64,000 bases of DNA. It comes from Eledone cirrhosa (lineage: Eukaryota). Numbering within the stretch: position 1 is the stretch's first letter; every line of letters starts with the position of its first letter. The DNA lies in contig OZ024754.1 in NCBI GenBank assembly GCA_964016885.1, positions 23,994,001 through 24,058,000 of the forward strand. The letters are read 5' to 3'. The position numbers and the translations under genes are program-made. Shown one piece after another: positions 62,601 through 64,000 of this stretch. The notes under the pieces were generated by a model. It ran no database searches. It saw nothing but the letters and a program-made list of their open reading frames with translations, and had not been told where the DNA came from.

Positions 62601-63087
62601 TTTGCCAGAGCAGATGCTTGCCCCAGTCGATCTTTCTACTCAGGATCCTACACTCTATGTGAATCGTTTGCGTTCGTATTTTCAAGTCCTGCCACCCATG
62701 AACACTCGGCACCAAGCCGTTAAATCTTCGGTCCCTAGGGACATTGCCTCGTGGACCCATGTTTTCGTCAGCAATGACGCAGTGAGAAGTCCTCTCACTC
62801 CACCTTACTCTGGACCAAATGGCGTGCTAGCACGTTCAGACAAACATTTCACTATTAACTATAACGGGTCTAGAGACACGGTCTCTATTGATAGACTGAA
62901 GCGGGCCTACTCAGATACTCTTACACCAGAGCCTCATACTCCCCCTCCTACACTATGTCACGACAAATGCCTACACCACCGCAAGCACCACAAGCTCACA
63001 CATACACACCTCCACCTTCAACATACGTCACGACAAACCGTAACAGTCCATTGCCCCAAGAAACTGTGTAAAACTATTTTCATATGA
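59690..63087 (+). mobile_element. Decayed Ty3/Gypsy element of the CsRn1/Kabuki/Boudicca type (gag end, PR, RT, RH, IN); no LTRs seen
   Basis: gag WYHKRFAERARRCIKPC, slippery GGGAAAC at 59954-59960, [30 protein letters not shown] (from YIDD), [26 protein letters not shown]. Confidence 0.92.
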
Positions 63088-64000
63088 ACTAGTCACTTAG
63101 TGCCTTTTTATTGTATTGCCTTTTTCATTCTTACACTCATTCATGTTGTTTTCTTTGCCCTGTATGCGATTATTTGTTCACTTTTCATGACATGCGCTCA
63201 AATATGATATCTCAATTGTCATTTCTCTTTCAACTTACCACATTAAAAAAAAGAAAGAACGAAAACGGGAGTAACTCGTTAATATTTATTGAAATATTCG
63301 AAGCATTACTGCTTCGGACGTGATTAAAAGGAAATTATATAGAGAATTTTAAATATTTCGAAAGCACAAGCAATCGTCAAGGACTTTATATACTAATTCC
63401 TTTCTTTCTGTGTTCGTGGCAGCTGGCAGCTGAGTATCAACCGTCCATAAATAATTTTTACCCGCTAAGAATCTCAATGGGGAACATTTTCTTCAATTTC
63501 TGCCAGTATTACAAAACAAGGTTATCTTGTAGTTACCCGCGTTAAATTGTTTTTTTTTTTAAAGAAAGTCGGTAGTATCGGCCCCATGAACTTCATTTGT
63601 TTTCTAATTCGATAACTATGACTATGAAATAAAACGCGTGGTGATATGAAAACAAATCGATTACGCTAAACGTAAATAAACATAAATAAGTTGCAAATAC
63701 GTGTATTATCCCAAAGTGAAAAACCAAGTTTATTTATTTACACATGGTGCTGGTGGTGATACGGAAATAAACGATGGTTGACGAATGACGTCAGATTGAC
63801 GTCACATTCTTCTACTTTCACTTCTGACAGCCTTATTCTGTTGCAGTGCCGCATTATTTGCTAAATCTTCTTCACATTCTAGCTTTTTAAATAAAAAAAA
63901 AAAGACAACATAAAGGCGCTCTTTTGTAAGCGGTAGACGAAATGTAAACAAACGAATCGGCATATTCCGTAATTCTCCGAAATTCAGCTGACAAATATTC

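Overview
AT-rich eukaryotic, gene-poor, repeat-dense DNA. The SINE motifs and repeat landscape suggest an octopus/cephalopod genome (inference). A 200-N scaffold gap sits at 30996-31195. The left half is a nest of retroelements inside kb-long impure (TA)n arrays; all I/Y-rich ORFs in the track are artefacts of these arrays. It holds one apparently intact CR1-group LINE (ORF1 with a Myb/SANT-like domain, polyQ and two CCCH fingers; AUG-less ORF2 with in-frame -1 slippery sites) and three defective sister copies. It also holds RTE-group pieces and Penelope-like (PLE) GIY-YIG remnants. The right half holds SINEs, MITEs, Helitron-like pieces and decayed PLE, R4/Dong-like, L1/Tx1 and Gypsy elements. 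The most notable signal, read by hand, is about 20 type I hammerhead ribozyme motifs from roughly 10 sequence families. Several lie in ORF-less, circularly permuted tandem units of about 470, 520 and 590 bp that look like retrozymes. One family shows compensatory stem covariation, two carry the rare U3-A8 core, and most foldbacks are arranged 5'-to-5'. No host gene could be called with confidence.
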